A DNA stretch of 64,000 nt from an uncultured Candidatus Altimarinota bacterium (GTDB lineage: Bacteria > Patescibacteriota > Gracilibacteria > BD1-5 > UBA6164), in the NCBI GenBank assembly GCA_913055215.1, contig CAJXJP010000001.1, positions 798 through 64,797 on the forward strand, given 5' to 3'. Position numbers and translations under genes: made by a program. The notes under the pieces were generated by a model. The model was given only the letters and a program-made list of their open reading frames with translations, searched no databases and was not told where the DNA came from. Numbering within the stretch: the first letter of the stretch is position 1; every line of letters starts with the position of its first letter. Below, in pieces: positions 58,935 through 64,000 of the stretch.

Positions 58935-60167
58935 TTAAGAATATACAGGAAATTTTGATGATAAATCTAAAATTTCTGCTCTTAATTCTTGTAATTTTTC
59001 AGGATTTTGATGATTTTGTACAGCTTCAGTAAATACTTTTGCAATAATCTTCATTTCGTCTTCTTTCATCCCTCTTGTCGTAGCAGCTGGAGTTCCTATA
59101 CGAATACCTGATGGATCAAGTGGTTTTCTTGGATCATATGGAATCATATTTTTATTTGTAGAAAGACCAACAGTATCTAAAGCCGCTTCAGCTTCTTTCC
59201 CTGTTATTTCAAAACTTCCAAATACATCAATTAAGACTAAGTGATTATCTGTTCCATTTGAAGTAATTTTAAATCAACTCTCCATTAATTCAGTTGCCAA
59301 TACTTGTGCATTTTTAACAACTTGTTGAGAATATTCTTTAAAACTCGGATCAAGTGCTTCTTTAAATGCTACAGCTTTTGCTGCAATAAGATTTTCGTGT
59401 GGTCCTCATTGTACACCTGGGAAAACAGCACGTGCAATATCTTTAGCATATTTTTCTTTCGACATAATCATCGCTCATCTTGGTCCTCTTAATGTTTTAT
59501 GTGTCGTTGTTGTTACTACATCACAGTAAGGAACTGGATTTTCTAATACTCAACCAGCTATTAAACCAGCAATATGAGCAATATCAGCCATAAGAATTGC
59601 TCAAATTTTATCTGCAATTTCTCTAAATCTTTTCCAATCAAGGTTTCTAGAATAAGCTGAGAATCCTGCCAAAATCATTTTAGGTTTGTGTTCTAACGCT
59701 AGTCTTTCTACTTCATCCATATCGATGATTTCAGTTTCTTTATCTAGAGTGTATGGAATAATATTATAAAGTATTCCAGAAAAATTCATTGGATGGCCAT
59801 GACTTAAATGTCCTCCTTGATCTAAACTCAGACCAAGTACCGTATCACCAGGATTTAAAACACCTAAATATACTGCTAAATTCGCTGGAGAACCACTTAA
59901 AGGTTGAACATTAACATATTCTGCCCCAAACAATTCTTTTGCTCTTTCAATAGCAAGGTTTTCAATTTGATCGATAAATTCTTGACCAGCATAATATCTT
60001 CTTCCAGGGTATCCTTCTGAATATTTATTTGTGAGAATACTTCCTGCAGCTTCCATTACATCTGCTGATGCATAATTTTCTGATGCAATAAGCTCAATTT
60101 CAGCTTCTTGTCTTTGTGTTTCTTTTTGAATTAAATCAAAAATAGCATTATCATTTTGTTGTAACAT
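58935..60167 (-). CDS. glyA: Serine hydroxymethyltransferase
   Basis: [40 protein letters not shown]. Confidence 0.95.
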
Positions 60168-60338
60168 GGTTTATGAGTAAAAAAATAAAAATCAATAAAA
60201 CTGATTTCTAACCATGGATAATAAGTTTTTGAACAAATGTATATATCATATTTCTTACATTAAAAAATATATGTGAGTATTTTATAAATTTTTTCACATT
60301 TTTCCATCATTTTATAAATATTTTGTTAAAAACTAAAA

Positions 60339-60360
60339 AAAAGAGGACCGGTCCTCTTTT
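60339..60360. terminator. Palindromic hairpin AAAAGAGGACCGGTCCTCTTTT
   Basis: Perfect 22-nt palindrome centred on the GGACCGGTCC motif, in tandem with the next terminator. Confidence 0.55.
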
Positions 60361-60367
60361 TAAAATA

Positions 60368-60400
60368 TAAAAAAAGAAGAACTAATGTTCTTCTTTTTTT
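60368..60400 (-). terminator. ctpA terminator (agaagaac-taat-gttcttct)
   Basis: The ctpA TAG stop lies in the loop; T run on the minus strand. Confidence 0.65.
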
Positions 60401-61644
60401 AATGATTCTATTGTTTTATCGAAATCTTTTAATTCTATAAATTTAGATAATGTTTGTTTTGCTGTATCTAATTGTCTATCGAAATTATTTGCAAAATCTT
60501 CTTTTTTAAAATCAACATGAATATCTGGAGTAATTCACTCAGCATCGATATTTTTATCTTTTGGAGTAAACCATTTGGCAATAGTTAACTTAATTGAATT
60601 TCCATTTTCTAAATCATAAGCTTGTTGAACTGAACCTTTTCAATATGATTGTGTTCCAACTAATATTGCGAGCTTATAATCATGAAGAGCTCAGGCTGTA
60701 ATTTCCGATGCAGAAGCTGAATTTTCATTAATAAGAATCACAATTGGTTTATCGTATGCAACTCCGAAATTATTTGATTCATAAGAATCTGTTGCTAATA
60801 CATTTTTATGTTTTGTTGTAACCAGAAGTTTTCCATCTTCTACTAAGTTTGATAATATTTCAATCGCTGAGATTAAGTATCATCCACCATTTTCACGAAG
60901 ATCTATAATCAAACCATCTGTTTCTTTTAATTCTGATAATTGTTTTGAAAACTCATCTGCTGTATCTTCTCAAAAGATATTAATAGCAATATATCAATAA
61001 TTTGTTTCTTCTAATATTTTCCCATCAACTGATGGTAATACGATTTTATCACGAATAACTTTTATTTTTAATAAATCTCATTCTCTGAGTACTTCAAGAT
61101 TTACTTCAGTTCCAGCAGGTCATTTAATAAATCAAATTGCTTCAATAAGATCTATGTCTTTTAATTTATTATCATTGGCTGAAATAATAATATCTCCATT
61201 TCTTATTCCGTATTCTAAAGCTGGTGATCATTTAATGACTCTATCAATAAGAATTCATAATGGATGTTTATCAACAACCGCTCAAATTCATTCAAAATCT
61301 CAAGAAAGCACTTCATTGAATTTTTGAACTTCTTGTTTTGTCATAAATTCAGAGTGTTTATCTCATAATCCTTCAACTAATCATGAAATTGCTCAATTAA
61401 TTAATTTTTCTTCTGTTATATGATCAATATCATAACTTTGTTTTTTAATTAATTCATATGCTTCCCAAAATCGATGTAAATCTAAATCATTTTCATCGAA
61501 CATATAAGCTCATTTTAGAGTTTTTCACAATGGGCTTCAATAATTATTGGCTATTTGAAAGGAAAAAATAACCCCTAATATGAAACTTGTTAAAAAAGTG
61601 ATAAAAACCCATGTGAAAAGATTGCATTTTTGTGAATTTCTCAT
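60382..61644 (-). CDS. ctpA: Carboxy-terminal processing peptidase (S41 family, with PDZ domain)
   Basis: N-terminal TM; GIGAVV, IIDLRENGGGY, NENSASASEITAGAL, GTQSYGKGSVQ. Confidence 0.88.
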
Positions 61645-62000
61645 TGTGTGTGAAAAGTTTTTAATAATTTAAAAGATATTTAAAAGAATAACCTTTTAGA
61701 TAAAAAAGACAAGTCAATTGAATAATTAAATATATGTTAAAAACTTGTAAAAATTACTTTTTCCCTTTTAATAAGGAATAGTTTCCGAGTTTTTTACATT
61801 GGATATTTGGATGTTAAAAAATATTTGGCTTAAAATAGCCGTTTTAACAATTTATCAAAAGTGATTAATAATAATACTATATATAAATAAATTAAAATAA
61901 TAATATATTAGACACTAAATGTAAAAAAAGAAAAATAGAAATTTTGAATAATTATAAAATCTATGATATTCTTAAATAGATATTAAATAACTATTTACAT

Positions 62001-62312
62001 ATGATTTTTACTTTTTTGAAAAAACAAAGTGAACGTAAGAAAAAAATAGAATTGTTAACGATTCTTATAAATTCGATTCACATTGGAGAAGACCAAAAAT
62101 ATTTATATTTACAATCTCTTGAAGTTTTAGATACAGATGGTATTGAGAATCTTTATAGAGAAATTACTGTTTTTGTGGAAAACTTTGAAATGAGAGAATT
62201 AGAAGATATTCAAAAACAAAGTTTTTCTTCTATAGCTTGAATGAAAAAGAAAGAAGCTGAAGAAAAAGCACAAGAACTGAATTCATTTGGATTTTTACTT
62301 CATAATATTTAA
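62001..62312 (+). CDS. Hypothetical protein, 103 aa
   Basis: ORF-track piece extended through one TGA to TAA 62310-62312. Confidence 0.45.
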
Positions 62313-62314
62313 AG

Positions 62315-62551
62315 ATGACTGAAATACTACAAAACAAAACCATTGAAAATGTTGATTTTACTAATCAATCATTAGAACAAGCAGAAAAAAATATGTCTTT
62401 GCTTACTGAAAAATCAGTAAATACATTATCTGAAGCAAAAGAACAAGCTAAAGGATCAGTTAAATTTGCTGAAATTTGTTCTCAAAACTCAGAAAAATTT
62501 ACAAAAGCAACTTCAATTTTCGATAAATATCTATCAAACCCTACGGTTTAA
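62315..62551 (+). CDS. Hypothetical protein, 78 aa
   Basis: Intact ORF, tightly spaced with its neighbours. Confidence 0.45.
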   Translation: MTEILQNKTIENVDFTNQSLEQAEKNMSLLTEKSVNTLSEAKEQAKGSVKFAEICSQNSEKFTKATSIFDKYLSNPTV

Positions 62552-62574
62552 TTTAACTTATTCTTATTCCTTCG

Positions 62575-63957
62575 ATGAAAAAATTTAAAATTGCTGTAAC
62601 CAAAGACCAAAAAAAATATACTTTGGTTTTTCAAGCAGAAAATGAAATTCAAGCAAAACAGAGAGTTCACAAAGAGTGATACTCTGTTTTAAACATTGAA
62701 GAAATTTTTGAAGATGTTCAACTTGGTCATACATTCTACTTTTTGTGTAAAAATGGCGAAGAAATGAAGTCTGGGAGAGTTATGTGAGATGATATTTTTA
62801 AAGTGTATACAAAACTGAGAAAAGATTTTTGATATGAAGTTATGTCTTTATATTCAGAACAAGACAAAGAATCTTCAGCTGATAAAAAACATAAAATACT
62901 CAAAGATTTAGAAGCGGGTTTTGAGTTAATGGAAAGTTCAAACAAAGATAAAGAAGAAGAAAAACCAAAAGAAAATATTAGAAATGAAGTAAATGAAAAA
63001 TCTTTAGATGATTTTTATTTAAAAAAAGAATTAGATGAAAATTATAAATTAATTGATTTTGTTTTAGAAAAAATCAAAAATTTAATTGAAAACAATGAAA
63101 TTGAAGACTTAGATATTGATCAAAAAGAAAAATTAAAAAGAATTCATAACTCGATTGTGAAAATTAAAAAAACAACAAATATTGCTAAACTAAAAGAAGT
63201 TTGAGAATTAGCATTATTGAAAATTTGAATGATCGAATTGAGAGAACTTGAAAAAAGTAAATCAAAAGAATCGAAACAATTTTTAAAAGAAACAAATAAT
63301 CTTCTTCGTAAATTTGGCTCTAGTAAACAATTTATAGAAAAAGACAAAGATTTAAAACTCAAAGCGAATACATTTTTAGAAAAAGTTTTTGATCTTTTTG
63401 ATGAAATTCAATTGAAAAAAAATAAAAAACGTATCAAAGTTGATAAAACGTCACATGCGTATATTAAAAATCAATTATTACTGAAAAAATACGAAGACAG
63501 ACTTTCCTTAAATACAAAGTTATTATTTAAAAATATAATTCCAATTCTTCTGAGAAAACCAGAATGAGTTGATATTGTAATCAAACGTAGAGTTTTAGAA
63601 CAAAATATTTTATTACTCAGAGCAAAAGAAAGATGAGTAGGATATTCTTATACATCTGTTAAAAAATGATACAATAAATTTTTAGAAAAATTTGATAAAA
63701 AAGTTGCGGTATTACGTAGTTATGCCTTTGTTCTCATATTTTTATATATGATGATGTTCCTTCTTTTCTTGAATTATCAATATTATTTCAAAGCAGATGA
63801 TTTAGCGTATTTGAATTTTAATTATACAGGACTTTCATATTTTGTGCTTTTCTGTTTTGTCTATTTAGGCTTATTTTACAGAAAATCATTATTTTATATA
63901 TCTTTTATTTTTGGAATTTTATCATTTCTGATTATATTTGCGAGTATTAATTTCTAA
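62575..63957 (+). CDS. Hypothetical coiled-coil protein with C-terminal TM segments, 460 aa
   Basis: Three ORF-track pieces (62842, 63229, 63748) are in one frame, joined by TGA. The N-terminus MKKFKIAVTKDQKKYTLVFQAENEIQAKQRVHKEGYSVLNIEEI resembles the small N-terminal domain of GspF/PilC-type proteins. Confidence 0.6.
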
Positions 63958-63966
63958 GAAAATTCT

Positions 63967-64000
63967 ATGAGATTTTTACTTCTCTGAGTTTCATGGATTT
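63967..64000 (+). CDS. Start of a further CDS (MRFLLLGVSWI...), truncated by the window edge
   Basis: ATG 63967, open to the window end. Confidence 0.3.

Overview
AT-rich bacterial chromosome segment of about 70% A+T by eye. It only makes sense if TGA is read as glycine rather than stop (NCBI translation table 25). That points to the Candidatus Gracilibacteria / Absconditabacteria (SR1) branch of the Candidate Phyla Radiation. Under the standard code nearly every gene is chopped into fragments. With TGA=Gly the fragments fuse into full-length, homologous proteins, and TGA falls on invariant Gly positions (RuvB Walker A, L2 GGGH, SerRS GDLG, GGEEF, EF-P GDTATGG).

Main contents:
- A 12.7 kb single ORF (4532..17242, minus strand, 4,236 codons). 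I checked every codon by hand for TAA/TAG and found none. It encodes a signal-peptide-bearing giant surface protein.
- Two further secreted proteins next to it.
- An S10/spc-type ribosomal protein operon, rplC through secY (23771..32536 plus secY). It lacks rpsJ and rpmD.
- Housekeeping genes: serS, ruvB, def, pheS, fmt, prmC, fusA, rny, efp, gatA, rplS, mutL, glyA, ctpA.
- Envelope and competence genes: O-antigen-ligase-like, FemAB-like, WecA/MraY-like GT4, Lgt-like, a short ComEC and a type IV pilin-like protein.
- A GGDEF diguanylate cyclase.
- One tRNA-Arg(CCU).
- Many hairpin terminators and three consensus sigma70-like promoters.
- About ten lineage-specific hypothetical proteins.

No rRNA, CRISPR array, transposase or integrase was seen.

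Most notable observations:
- The recoding itself.
- The giant ORF, which contains a TGA-dense Gly/Pro/Cys module.
- A GC-rich 10-bp palindrome, GGACCGGTCC, present four times.
- A secY reading frame with no in-frame stop, probably a 1-nt indel.

All coordinates come from manual translation. Functions are inferred from motifs I recognise, not from database searches.
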